From Octopus vulgaris (taxonomy: Eukaryota), in assembly GCA_951406725.2 (NCBI GenBank), contig OX597837.1, positions 18,972,001-19,036,000 of the forward strand: DNA of 64,000 bases, in the 5' to 3' direction. Positions within the stretch are counted from its first letter, which is position 1. Each line of letters opens with the position of its first letter. Made by a program: the position numbers and the translations under genes. Shown one piece after another: positions 13,846 through 26,340 of this stretch. The notes below the pieces were generated by a model, which saw only the letters and a program-made list of their open reading frames with translations, was not told the origin of the DNA and did no database searches.

Positions 13846-14659
13846 TGGTTGCAGGTTTATTTTAGCGATGAATCGAAGTTTAATGTGATTGATTCCGATG
13901 GCGTGATGTACGTCCGACGAAATGGTAAAAGGTTATCTCTTGTATGTGTGAAGAAGACAATAAAATATGAAAGAGGAAGTGTAATGGTATGGGGAGTGAT
14001 CTCTGCTGCTGGTGCAGGTCCACTTATTCGCTTACAAGGCTGAAATCTACTAGCAGATTCTAAGACAACAACGTCAGTTCAACCTTCTATCTTGATGCAG
14101 GACAATGCTCCCTGTCACATTGCAAAGAGACTCAAAGATTTTTTGAGTGATGAAGGGGTTGATTTTATGGACTGGCCACCTCAAAGTCCCGATCTCGACC
14201 CTATAGAAAACGTTTGGAAGATTATTGGAGATGAGGCGCGAAGGAGGAATTCAAAGAACCAAGAGGAACTCTGGGAATTATCGAAAAGCGAATGGAACAA
14301 TATTACTCCATCATTTTGCAAGAAATTAATTCAGCCATTTAGTAACAGATGCCAGCCGGTCAGAAATAGTAAAGGGGTGTTCACAAAATATTAATAGTAA
14401 GGGTTTCTTTTTTGTTCTTGTTCCATTTTTCATTGTTTTTCTAAGTGACCCTTAACTTTTGGTGGTTGCAGTTTGGAAGATTATTTATTTCCTCACAACT
14501 TACGAAATATTTATTCCATTCACTTGAAATCTTCACGAAAGATAGATATTAGACAAATCTAAAGATGTGCGAAATATCTAGACTCAACGTGTTGTTAATC
14601 CTCCATAATAACTATTTCAATACACTTGTTCTTACTGACCCTTATATTATGGTCACTAC

Positions 14660-14662
<3 letters not shown>
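13846..14662 (+). mobile_element. Tc1-family (DD34E) transposon remnant, 5'-truncated, with 3' TIR
   Basis: FSDESKF, GSVMVWG, QDNAPCH..WPPQSPDLDPIENVW with exactly 34 residues between D and E. Repeated tgaccctta motif at ~14445 and ~14636 suggests an IR/DR-type end; ends in TA. Confidence 0.9.
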
Positions 14663-14722
<60 letters not shown>

Positions 14723-15445
14723 GACAGGCTTCTTTCAGTTTCCATCTGCTAAATCCACTCACACGATTTAAATAGGCCAGAGGCTATAGTAGAAGACACA
14801 TGCCCGAGGTACTACGGAGAAGAACTGAACCCGGATCCATGTGGCTGGACAGCAAGCGCCTTACCACACAGTCATGACATAGGTGATTCGGCTAAGCAGC
14901 AGGTTGTACTGGAATCCATGTTACCAGTAGCACTCATAAGAAACCTCACAAGTGACTTGACATTGTTAAGACATGTCTGTAGGAAAAGTTCACTTTAATA
15001 TAAAACCAGATATGACGGAGAATAGCTTTTGAACATTCTGGGGGATCATTTGCTTGCGCTTGAGGTCATGGTGCTCCCACATTCCTTAGCATGTGACTCA
15101 TATTGGTATTGGATATCTTGCTCTGGCTTGTCTCTGGATTATGTCAGTAGAGTGGAGAGGGTCTGTGAGGTGGTGTACAAGATTTATTGGACCTAAAATT
15201 TTAGGTTGTGCAATCGTCGGCGAGGCGACTTTCCGATGCTCGTTCAAATAGGAGGGAGTCGCAGTGAACATGGAAGCCACGGGAGCGAGCACAGGTGAAA
15301 CCAGCTGTCGGTGCGATAACCTCATGCACAGGATTTGCTGGCATTTTGCATGGCCAATGGTCAGTAATAGCCTTCCTTGGTCACGAGCTGACAGTTATCA
15401 TCATCTTTAATCTATGTATGTATGTATGTATGTACGTACGTACGT

Positions 15446-15520
<75 letters not shown>

Positions 15521-16519
15521 CGTATGTATGTATGGCGAGTATACATTTTCAAATTGTAAACTGCTTTGAGCTTGGCTAAAACATCGAGAAACATTTCTTT
15601 TGTCTTTTTCTCTAAGAGAAACCTGTAGTTTTTTAAGTCTTAAAATTTATCCAAGCGTTCGTAAAAGAAATTACGAACAGTATCTCAAAATAAGGGGCCA
15701 TACTTTGCAATTCTTATAAGTGCAAAACCGCGTAACCTGAGGTAGCTTGAATGCTGTGATGGTGTCATGACAACTAGTTGATCAGGAGAGTGTGATATGC
15801 GATGCAATTAGGCGAAATACTTAGACCATCTAAGATTATGCAAGCACTTAGGAGACAGAAACTTCCTCTTTGAATGGTAAAAAATATAAAAATGGTATAA
15901 GGGAGATAACTCTAATAAAATCAATTGACTGAAATATTTGGACAAGCTAAACAATGTAGATTGAAGTGGATGTGGTCTTTAAAACCAACTGGTGAAGACA
16001 ACAGACCTATTTCTTCGGTGAAGCAAACCTAGTTATAAAGTTGGTCAAGACCAAAAGATACTTGAAAATAATAAATATTAAAATAAATTTGTGTGCGCAG
16101 GGTGTTGGCATCTGGACACCGACCAAAAGACTTAGAACAATGCTGGGTGGCATCCTCCACGCCATTTTGAATTTACTGTCGCAAACGTGGCGACCATGCT
16201 CTACGCCATTTTGAACATGTCCTGGAAAGAACTTCCTAACAAAGAAAGATTATACAAGAAATTTTCTAAAGTATCAGACACCATTAGAAAAAGAAGAGTT
16301 TGTTCTGCTGGATACGTCACAGGAAACGGAGGAGCTGGTTGCTGAAGCTCTACTTTGGGTACCTCGACATGGTCATAACCACATTAATCACCTTGTAAAT
16401 TGAAGGATAGAAACGAGTGGTGGATTAGGGCAACCGCAACCCAATGATCTATCTATCTATCTATCTATTTACTTAGGGGTCCTGGCAAAATCCACCTATG
16501 AACTATGCGAATGAAAGGA

Positions 16520-16890
16520 AGATGATGGAGGAATTTGTGAATGGTGTCGGACACAACATCAGGTTGCAGTAAAATGAATTTTAAATGACACTTAATGAGG
16601 CTTTCAATATTATTTTTGATCAGGCAGGAACTCTTGATTCAGCTTTAAAATATTCAGGATTTGTACATTAGTAGGGCGTTGACCCATTGAACTAGAGTTG
16701 CTACATTTGACTAAACTATAACTTGTTAAATCAGTGTTGACTTTAAGACAGTTAAAGCAGCAGTCAGTGCTAATTGCTTTTCCTGTGAGTTTTCAAAACA
16801 TCCACAGAATGTCGTGCACATGAATTTGTGTGTCAGAAGTGTCAAAAGAAGGGTCAGATAATGGCGGCCCGTCGGAGAAATGAGCCGTTA
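16520..16890 (+). mobile_element. Probable Gypsy-type LTR retrotransposon gag remnant
   Basis: Degenerate double zinc knuckle CFSCEFSKHP..ECRAHEFVCQKCQKKGQ across a frameshift; upstream FVNG..IR..TLNEA. Confidence 0.5.
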
Positions 16891-17002
16891 CAGTCATTAC
16901 CGTGGGGCAGGGGTGAACACACCATTTGTTCTGGGGTATGTGGCCCATCGCCATCATCCTCAATTTTCTGCTGCTTTACTCCCTACATTGTAGAGATATT
17001 GT

Positions 17003-17325
17003 GAAGGCACGTGGCTCAGTGGTTAGAGCATTGAGCTCCCAATTAAGAGGTAGCGAGTTCGATTCCCGGACCGGGTTGTGTATTTGAGCAAGACATTTTA
17101 TTTCACGTTGCTCCAGTTCACTCAGCTGTAGAAATGAGTTACGACGTCACAGGTGCTAAACTGTGTTGGCCTTTGCCTTTCCCTTGGATAACATTGATGG
17201 CATGGAGAGGGGAGGCTGGTATGCATGGGCGACTGCTGGTCTTCAATAAACAATCTTGCCCGGGTAACTTTCTAGGTGTAATCCCATAGTCCTTCATGAA
17301 CGAAGGGTGGTGGTCTTTACCTACC
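17003..17325 (+). mobile_element. tRNA-derived SINE, second family
   Basis: A box TGGCTCAGTGGTTAGAGC and B box GAGTTCGATTCCC; near-identical bodies at 48525-48845 and 56866-57203. Confidence 0.85.
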
Positions 17326-17834
17326 CCACACCTTTTTTCTTTTTCTTTCTTATCTCCCTTCTTTCCTGTTTCTTAGCATTTAAATACTTTAATAAAATAA
17401 GGATGTTTTCTTTTTTCCTCTTACTTTTGCTACAGTGTGTTGCACTGCTACTTGACAACTTCAGCTACCCCAGAGGTGTGTGTGTGTGAGTGGGGTATTA
17501 TCGAAAGCATGAGGGAAGTTAGTCCTCAAGGGACCTAAAGTGAATGGTTAGATAAATAACTGGTGGTTCTGAAAGTTTTAGTCTTTCTCAGGCGAAACTG
17601 TATACATATTTAGAGTGAGAAAAGTTTTGTTTCTATTGATGTTACATCGCGCTTTCTATGAATGTTGGGTTTTTTTTTTTTTGTATGGTAGACCTAAAAT
17701 GAACTACGAAACTATCTTAATGAACTACGAAACTATCTTAATGTATCTGCTTATACTTCTTCAGCTCTTATTTGAGGATTTAGCATTTATACATTGACCC
17801 ACCACCGTCTGATTATTATTATTATTATTATCAT

Positions 17835-18390
17835 TATTATTGAGCGAGAGAGCAGTGCATGCCATCAAAGTGACACTGGGGTAAAATATACGAAGCCCAG
17901 TATACCCATAATGACTACCTGTCTGATAAGGGTACACCAGGCACATGCATCACAACCATATGTGCGCGAGATGGTGATTTCATATCAAAATAAACAGCGC
18001 ATGACCTTGCAGGTGAGGCCCAGTTAGAATTTTCTTCTGCTCAAGTAACCCATCCTGCTCAAAAGGTCCTTGAATAAGGCTTGTTTAAGAATGTTGAACG
18101 AGCCACCCATGTTTCCAAATGTGAATTATCCAAACCTCCAAGAATTCCTTTCAACACACGGCTATGATGCTCCCCCACTACTTCTGCTCATGATCAGAGA
18201 TGCACATATCGTCAGCCACTAAGGGACATTGTCAACTGGTTAAGGTCAAAGCAAATCTGTGGTATTGAGCAGAATATTTGCTGTAGTCCATCTTTTATAC
18301 CAAGACAAAACAATGTACATGATAACACTTCCAATCAGTTAAGATCGGAAGCCACGAGAGCCACTGTCTGGTACTGCATCAGGGCATATT
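17835..18390. repeat. Interspersed repeat flanked by (ATT)n; partial second copy at ~40540-40745
   Basis: Shared block tcaacacatggctatgatgctc..ctgctcatgatcagagatgca..gcaaatctgtggtattgagcagaatatttgct. Confidence 0.65.
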
Positions 18391-18410
18391 ATTATTATTA
18401 TTATTATTAA

Positions 18411-18726
18411 GGTCACTGCCTGGAATCGAACTCGGAATCTTGGGGTTAGTAGCCCGTGCTCTTAAACGCTATGCCATATGTCCGTGGGCATATGGTTAAG
18501 AGCGCAGTCTACTAACTCCAAGATTCCGAGTTCGATTCCAGGCAGTGACCTGAATAATAATAACATCGCAAAATACCTTAGGAATGAGAATCCAGGTTCG
18601 AAATTTTCCCCAAGACACCTGATGAAGGTTATATCAGCTGAAACGTTGTGTTAATAAACATGATGAGGACAAATATGTCAAATGTAAATAATGTACATAA
18701 TTCCACATCTCTTAAATATAGAACTG
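18411..18726 (+). mobile_element. tRNA-headed element with an inverted duplicate of the head and a downstream minimal hammerhead motif (Penelope-dependent SINE or retrozyme-like)
   Basis: 18411-18483 is the reverse complement of 18486-18550 (tRNA-like, B box GAGTTCGATTCC). gacac-CTGATGA-..-GAAA-CG-TT-gtgtt at 18614-18652. Confidence 0.65.
18614..18652 (+). ncRNA. Minimal type I hammerhead ribozyme motif (Penelope type), weak stem II
   Basis: Stem I gacac/gtgtt, core CTGATGA and GAAA, palindromic stem III ACGT. Confidence 0.55.
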
Positions 18727-18760
18727 TATGGTTAGTGTTTATGTCTCCTTGCGACTATAT

Positions 18761-19246
18761 AGGTACTTTGACGGAATACTGGTTTCTGTACCCCATATAA
18801 TCCCTCACAACTTTTTTTTTTTGAATTTTCAGGTAATTTTTTTGCGATTTTGCGTTCTACACACGAGAATTCATACAATTATGAGAAAATCTAGACAAAA
18901 ACAACAACAAAAAAACTGCGTGATTTAAGGCCAATTTAGGTGTTATTTTTAGCACACTTCACGACCACCAGGTACTTTCCTCATTTCTTTGTCACTGATA
19001 TGTGTTGCTATTTTTCAATATTTTTCTCCCCATAAACATATTTAATGATTTATTGCAGAGATTTAAGCCAAAAATTCGAATTGTCCATATTTTAAACTCT
19101 GATTTTAAAAAAAAATATCAAAAAAGAGTGGAACTTTTAGGATTTATAGGGGCGAGGGAGTGGGTTAAAAAAATTAGAAAGCATATTAAAAAAAAAATTA
19201 TAACGGGGCTATATGGGGTGCTTAAACCAGAATTCTGCCGGTACCT
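18761..19246. mobile_element. MITE with ~60-bp diverged TIRs (possibly Kolobok-like)
   Basis: aggtac..gaatactggttt..accccatata..tttttttt mirrored by aaaaaaaa..tatatggggt..aaaccagaattc..gtacct. Confidence 0.65.
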
Positions 19247-20749
19247 CAAAGAAGTTAACGAAAGGATGGCACAAGTTATCAAGTCATACTTGATTCTGAG
19301 TGGGGGACTGTAATTTGCATATTAAATCTGTTAGTACTAACTTCAGCATAATTTTTTTCATACAGACACCGTGTCTCAGTATTTTATTTCGTAAATATCA
19401 CATATCTATGTTGTTTTTCAGCCTCTAGTCAACCATCATTTAGCAAACATATACAATCAAAGGCGTTCCAGTTATTATCTTTCAGTTTCTTTTTGTAAAC
19501 GGGTTCTTCCTTTTTCGAAGAGGGTAGGGTGTAATCAAGGGTTTATCTGAGCTGAAGCATCAATAACAATTACAAAGGCACGAGACAATATATTGGTGGG
19601 GAGACGGTTACAGTTAATGGAATCAGTTACACTATCTTTAGTGCGAATATAATTGGCAGTCATCGACTGCAAAATGTTGGAAAGTTGTATCGACCTCAGC
19701 AGGATTTGATCTCACAATATAAAGAGACATAACTGAATACTGCAAAACTTTTTAAATCACAGAATTATTGAGGAAAATTGACCTGGAACGTCTGATGTAG
19801 GAAAATCTGATGGTAAAGAGAGCGCTAGCATCGATTATACGCCCACTTTTAAACTTTTGGTCACACCATAGATATTCACAAAATTCTGAATTCATTAAAG
19901 ACGAAAAATGTATTACAAACGTAAAGAAAATTAATCTCAATTTACAAATTGGTAAAGAATAGAAATAGACAAAATGAATGAGTCAAAAGGAAAGAAGGAA
20001 ATTAAGCAGAAAAGATATGCACACTTGCTCAATTATGGGAATACTGGTGTTTTTCCTCTAAATGTTTTTGCCACAGTTGAGAACATCTACGGCTTTGTCA
20101 ATGAGGTTTGTAGGGAATTAGGGCCTGAAATGGAATGTTGCACCACCTCAATCTCGAGGTGACCCACAGTAATGCCGTGTTTTGGATTCTCTTAAATTTT
20201 TAGAGGATTAATAATCCTAATAATTTTACATTTTTATTTGCTTACTTCTTTCTAACAAACACCTACGGAACTCGGTCAACTTGTAGTAAATAACCACCAA
20301 ATTTTACTAACATCACCCCATACCAACTTACATAACAAAAGTAAGATAATGTAGTCATAGATATATGCCTGAAAAATAAAAAAAGTTATGGTTGCGGCTG
20401 TAATACCGTCGATCGCAAGATTTACTCATTCAGTGCCTAACCTCGTCCTAAAAAGCCACTTAACAGGTAGCGTAATCTGTGTTGGCGGTGTCAGCCGAAA
20501 CATGTTCCAAACTGAAAAATTATACAACATACACAACATTTTAATACTTTATCTCTTATAGTATATACCCTACATACAATCATTAAATTTTTCCAGTTCC
20601 GTAACAGTCAAATAAGAAGAATAAAAAGCAGTTTCATATAGACTGAGGTATTAAATGAATGAAAACACCGCGATATTTCAGAAAAGTAATGTACAGAAGT
20701 CACCGTCGAGGGAAACCTTAATTCCACGTTGTCACAACAGAGTTCAAAA

Positions 20750-20872
20750 ATGGCCGATAGGAACGGAACAGGAGACTCTGTCCCGTCCGCGGGGCAGCAG
20801 TCGAACAACAGCAACAACCCTCTCACTAGGAAACTGAATAAAATACTTGACACCAGAATCGACAATGACAAG
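20750..20872 (+). CDS. COG6: Conserved oligomeric Golgi complex subunit 6, exon 1 of 19
   Basis: aaaaATGG context; MADRNGTGDSVPSAGQQSNNSNNPLTRKLNKILDTRIDNDK then GTAAAC donor. NPLxRKLxKILxTR is the COG6 N-terminal motif. Confidence 0.92.
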
Positions 20873-21913
20873 GTAAACTGCATTGACTCCCACTTACAGT
20901 TTATTGTCATCATGATTAGTAATTACAGTTGTATGTCTGTATATAAATATATGTGTGTGTGCGCGTATATACATACTGCTCACACCTTTCTTACCCCCTC
21001 TCTCCGTTGTGTATGTGTATCACATTGTAAGTGACAAAGGGTACACACATTCTAATTGTTTAGTCGGGTAATGTATTGATATAGTAGGGACGAGAAAAAT
21101 TATCAATAAAACAAGTTTTTACATTTTGCTCATTAAATATTAGTGTATAAACTCTTCATAAAATTTCTCGCTCATTCATGGCGTGAATATATATATATAT
21201 AATATAAGCATAATCCACTGCATCTTATTGCAGAAACATCTGTAAGCTAATTAAGTTCACAACATAACCGTTGCTTTTCATGTGGCATTTTATATATGTG
21301 TGTGTGAGTATACACACCAGTCAGAATTCGCATATTCGAAAAGAGGTACACACTAAAGCATTAGAGCAGTAATATTTAAAAAGCGGTTTGTTGTTGCTGG
21401 TCAGAGAGTGACCATAACAAACAGCCTTATGTATATATATAGGTATGTGTATTGCTAGTTCGTGGGCAGGCTGTAATTTATTGGCATGAGAGAAATTTTT
21501 CTCGTCTGTACGCCTGATGTAAAAACACCTAGAAGTCATTGACAAGCGATATTGCGGAAGCTTGTGGTCTTAGTATATATGTGGGAGTGTATGTGTTCGT
21601 TTATATCCCTAACTTAGAGCATCAACAAAAGATGATCAATAAAATAAGTATCAGGCTGTAAAAGCACAGGTCGTTTCATTTATTACCCGCTGTCAATTTT
21701 CCATTTTAAAATCTAGTGTTCGTATTACTCCCAAATTAAATCTCTGTTTATCTTGTCTTTATCTTATATTTTCTTTCAATATGTATGTAATAAAGTTTTT
21801 ACGTTCGTGTCCAGTTTAGTTAAGATGATTGACATTTGCAATGTGTTTTTCATATTGTTAGGACGAGAGGTTTTAGGCTGACGATGTTGTTGTTTACACC
21901 CCACGCCCCAGAA

Positions 21914-23170
21914 CAGACGTGGGAAACCTTTTCGCGTTGGAAGGTCGCGTTAAGTTAGTTGTAATCTAATTAGGCCTCATTCAAGAAACTTCAATTAGAT
22001 ATTCTTCAAAATCTACATTATTTAGTAAACCTTTATCTACTGTGTACACGAAATAGATATGTTAATTCTAAAGTTAACTAACCTTCTAATGACTTTGTTG
22101 TGACTGCTCTTTGTAGGAAAGCCTTTGAATATTTATTTGGTTGCAGCATGGAGCTTTTGCAGTTTCAGCTGATCCTCTGGATGGGTATCCATCATTTGTG
22201 ACCTTACGGGCGTCTTAATTTTGGTTTGGTAAAAGAATGTAGGTTCGCAGTAATAAGTGGTTGAAAAGCAGGAAAACATTTTTCGCGCATGTTGCCAAAA
22301 ACATGGGTATTGCATTTTTTTGCATATTTCAATCGGATCTTTCTTAGCGTCGAATAAGAACTGAGAGCTCAATCAACTCCATCTATAGTTCTTTAGGAGC
22401 CTTGGAGACATCAAAGACGAGGTCGAAATGCTGATTTGAGCGTGATGTCATGATTCTCAAAGTCAGTGAACCTTTCATGGTATTATCCAATTAATAAGTC
22501 TATAACAGCTGCGTATTCTTCAAATGATTTCCATGAATCTTCCTTTCATCCATGAAAATGTTCAACCGAAATTTCCTTTCGAAGAAGAAAAATTTTGAAA
22601 AAAGATAGCTTTTTTCGAAATGCTTGGATTTTTCGCCACATTTATATAGAAATGGTTTTATGCACTTTAGAATGATACGGCAAATCCACTCTGAATACTT
22701 GTTATGTTATGAAACGGATGATGCCGTGTTGCATTTACACCAGTATAGTTAACAATACTTATAACTTGTTGCCAAGTGTCACTTAAAATAGTAGATTTTG
22801 CTGATGTAAGCAAAGAGATTTTGTTGATCTTAGATACAATGATAAAAAATGAGAGCATCTGGGTCTGATAATACTTTTTATTTTATTCATGCAATAAACT
22901 CTTCATGTTTTCCTGCCATGGAAGATACACTGTCTCTACATACAGTCGCTAAATTAACCAAATTCAGTCCAGCTTCACGACATTTATCTTGAAAATTTGT
23001 GAAGATCTCTATTCCTGTAAGAGTACCGAAAGCCAGAAGCTCTTCGTAGCATATAAAAATCTTCTGTTACGGCCCGAATGAAGTATAGAATCTGCATCGA
23101 ATCAGTATCATCATCATTAGTCGATTGATCCAGAGCGATCGAATAATATATTATTTGCTTTTGGAGTATT
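21914..23170 (-). mobile_element. hAT (Charlie/SPIN/Buster-like) transposon remnant
   Basis: Minus strand YSIALDQST..DSMQILYFIRAV..EELLA..TGIEIF..VCRDSVSSMAGK resembles the SLALDEST..TDGAPSM motifs. Charlie-type terminus cagacgtgggaaaccttt at 21914. Confidence 0.8.
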
Positions 23171-24043
23171 GTGTGATGTTGTTCCGTTGTGTTGACTGTC
23201 GAAGCTTTTTACTTGTTTGTATGTGTTCTTGTTTATAGTTTATATTGTGTCCGTTTATATCCCTAACTTGGAGCATCAATAAAGTGTCAGGCTGTAAAAG
23301 TTCTGGGTGTTTCATTTATTGCCGATCTTCCATTTTAAAATTTAGTGTTCGTATTAGTCCCAAATTAAATCTCTGTTTATTTTGTCTAACATTTTCTTTC
23401 AATGTGTAATAAAGTATTTATGTCGGTGTCCGGTTTGGTTGAGACGATTGACATTTCACGTTTGCAATGAGTTTTAGGTTGACGATATTTTTCTTTACGC
23501 TCCCAAGATGAACCTGATCATTCAGGTTGTTACATCTTGTCTCTTCCTTGGACCTAGTATTTCTAGGACTGTGTTATCCAGTGTGACTTTAGCCTTTTTA
23601 AGGACAGTAAGATGTGATTTAAAGAAAATTTTAGCTGTTATTTCTAGCCACTTAATCGAATACATAAAAAAGTGCTTTCGTTAGGTTGAGTCAAAATGTG
23701 TTATTGCTTGGTAATTCTATTCAAGATAATGCTCAAACCTAGTCTTCGGTGATGTGAGTACGTTTATTATTTGCCATATTCTTGTTTTCCTAATATTTCA
23801 AGTGATTTTTGGCTTAACCTTTTTTAACAGTTCAAACAGTGCCGTAAGTTTGTGTTGTGATGAAGAAAAATCTGACGTTTTGGACATTTGACGTTTTTAA
23901 AGAGAGAACAGTCTTATTAGGCTGTAAAGTTCGTGGTTGGTTTTCCCTCCCGAGCTCTCTCTTCCAAAGAAGGACAAGCGTCCAAAAGTTAGACTTCTCT
24001 CCTTCTTCCTGACTGTTTGAACTATTTATATTGTATATTAACG

Positions 24044-24857
24044 ACAGAGGCAGGATAATTAGCAAGAGGAAATATTTATTTTCACATAAACGTAAATGTT
24101 CTGTTAGAACAAACTTTACTGTTGTTGATGCCATGAGAGAACGTCTCATAGGCTTTCGGTGCAAAATGCTAGTGGGGAGATCAGTGCTGAGACCACCAGA
24201 TCATGTAATTTCAGCCTTACTTGGCCTCATCAGTGATTTATGCTTGATCACTAGAGATCGCAGTGATTCATTTCCTGCTTGCGCTATGTAGAAAATCAGT
24301 GTCTGGACAGGCACTGATGTCATATTTAGCCAGTGAGCTTGTTAAAAAATTCATATTAGCTATAGAAGCAGTGTTAATACAGAGAGGTAATATTTATTCC
24401 CACTTAAACATGAATGTTCAGTTAAAACAAACTGTATAATGGTAGATACCATGAGAGAAGTTATCATATGGGTGCAAAATACACATTTGTTTATATCATG
24501 GAGAGATAAATCCCCACCAACTCCAGTGCTGAGACCACCAGATCATGTAATTTCAACTTTCCTTGGTCTCATTGGTGATGGACGCTCAACCACTAGAGAG
24601 AGCAATGAATCATTTCCTGCTAGCAATATGTAGAATAACAGTGGCAGAACTAGCTTGTGAGCTTGTTAAAAAATATATATTAGCAACAAAGGCAGTATTA
24701 ATACTGAGATGTAATATTTATTCCCACATGGATGTTCAGTTAGAATAAACTCTATAACAGTAGATACCATGAGAGAAACTCCCATATAGGTTTTTTGGTG
24801 CAAAATGCTTGCTTGTTTATATGATGGGGAGATAAATCCCCACCAACCCCAGTGCTT
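24044..24857 (-). repeat. ~2.5 diverged tandem units of ~320-340 bp, each complete unit carrying a hammerhead-like motif (retrozyme-like array)
   Basis: Units start at ~24044, 24361 and 24685 and share taatatttattcccac, ccatgagagaa, ggtgcaaaat and cagtgctgagaccaccagatcatgtaatttca. Confidence 0.8.
24200..24237 (-). ncRNA. Hammerhead-like motif (second, core-mutated copy at 24542-24579)
   Basis: atca-CTGATGA-GGCC-aagtaa-GGCT-GAAA-TTACA-tgat. Confidence 0.55.
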
Positions 24858-25035
24858 ATATAAACAAGCATACTTTTTGCACCAAGGCCTATATGAGGGT
24901 TTCTCTACTGGTATCTATCACAGTAAAGTTCGTTCCAACAGAACACCCATCTTAAATGGGAATAAATATTTGTATTGTGTTTTTCCAATACTGACTATGA
25001 CTAGTTTACTCAGATTGTACTATTTTACTTCATAC

Positions 25036-25715
25036 TACAGGATGGGACAGAGAGAACGGACGTTTTTGAAATGGCTGTTACTCAGCCCCAGTGGGAGGGA
25101 CATATGTCTGACATGTCCATGGTGTCTTAGCATTTTTCTTCTTTTCAGGTGAGGCCTTGGCACTGTGGACAATAGAGCATCGCGTGTTTGCCCATTACAG
25201 TAACACGAAGAATAACGAGTCTGTCACAGCAGTTCAGTTTGAGTTTTGGTGCCAATTCAATATTCACCGAAATCAGGTGGTTCCCTGAATTTTCATGATG
25301 TTTTCATTTGTTTGGGAAGTTAATAGCTGTCCTGAACAAGATTGGTCTTCAAGCAACAAATGACCATTCCTAAAGTGTGGAAACCCATTTGTAAGCTTGT
25401 GTTTTGCTCATGGCATCATCCTTGTAAGCTATTTGAGGCATGACAACTGTTTTGGCCAACGTTTTCCCCAGCAGAAAACAGAATTTCATGGAAGCATGCT
25501 GTTCCTTTGTTTCAGCCATCACAAAAATTGACGATCAGGAGAGAAGCACTGCAAAACTAAGGTGCACCATGTGGCAGTATAACTTCATCAAGCAACACTG
25601 GTTAGCAGGCTGATGCCTGAGGGTTGCATCAAATAGCTTCTAGTGGCAGAAGCCTGAACTACAGTGGGCTTGTCCCACAGAGAACATTTCCAATTATTTT
25701 TGGGCACCCCTTCAT
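25036..25715. mobile_element. Two juxtaposed Tc1/mariner-superfamily 5' fragments
   Basis: tacaggatgg..aacggacg end followed by RVFA..KNNESVTAVQ..FNIHRNQVVP (HTH N-terminus); mariner-like end ccaattatttttgggcacccc near 25710. Confidence 0.5.
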
Positions 25716-26196
25716 ATGATAGACTTCTTTCAGTTTCTGTCTATCATCATGAGATTGGTCCTCACCACTTCATCCCAGGTCTCCCTCTTCCACAGGTACC
25801 ATGCATTTTCAGTGATTGACACTTCTTTATACAGCTGTCTTCATTCATATGCATTACATGTCCAAACCAACATGCTTTAGTTTGAGGCCATAATAGAAGA
25901 CACTTGTCTAAGGTGCCACTGAACCCAGAACCATGTGGTTAGGAAGCAGACTTCTTACCACACAGCCACACCTGCTCCATGTTTGGCTTGTTTGTTAATT
26001 CCAAACTCCAGAAGTTAAGGTGTTATACATTTTCTTTCTTTAGTTTTCAACCAATCATAACATTTTCCTGGGATACTTCTCTTCTGGTCTTTTAAATTAA
26101 TTCTTCTTAATGACTAACGCAATTCAGAGGTTACTGCATCACTGGGGACACTATGTTATTGAAGGCAACTATATTATATGTTTTCTGTCATTTCAG

Positions 26197-26340
26197 GAAA
26201 TGCTGGAGGCTTTAAAAGCCCTGTCAACATTTTTTGTTGAGAATAGTTTGCGAACACGTAGGAACTTGCGCAGTGACATTGAAAGACGAAATTTGTCGAT
26301 AAATGAAGAATTTGTAGAGGCTTTCGATGTTGTTGAAGAA
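26197..26340 (+). CDS. COG6: COG6 exon 2
   Basis: tttcAG / [48 protein letters not shown] / GTAAG; 144 nt. Confidence 0.96.

Noticed and set aside
18411-18550. Real tRNA genes
   Set aside because: A and B boxes are present, but there is no proper acceptor stem, the ACT anticodon is atypical, and one arm has a D-arm deletion. Treated as tRNA-derived heads; the same applies to the SINE heads at 3772, 17003, 48525 and 56866.
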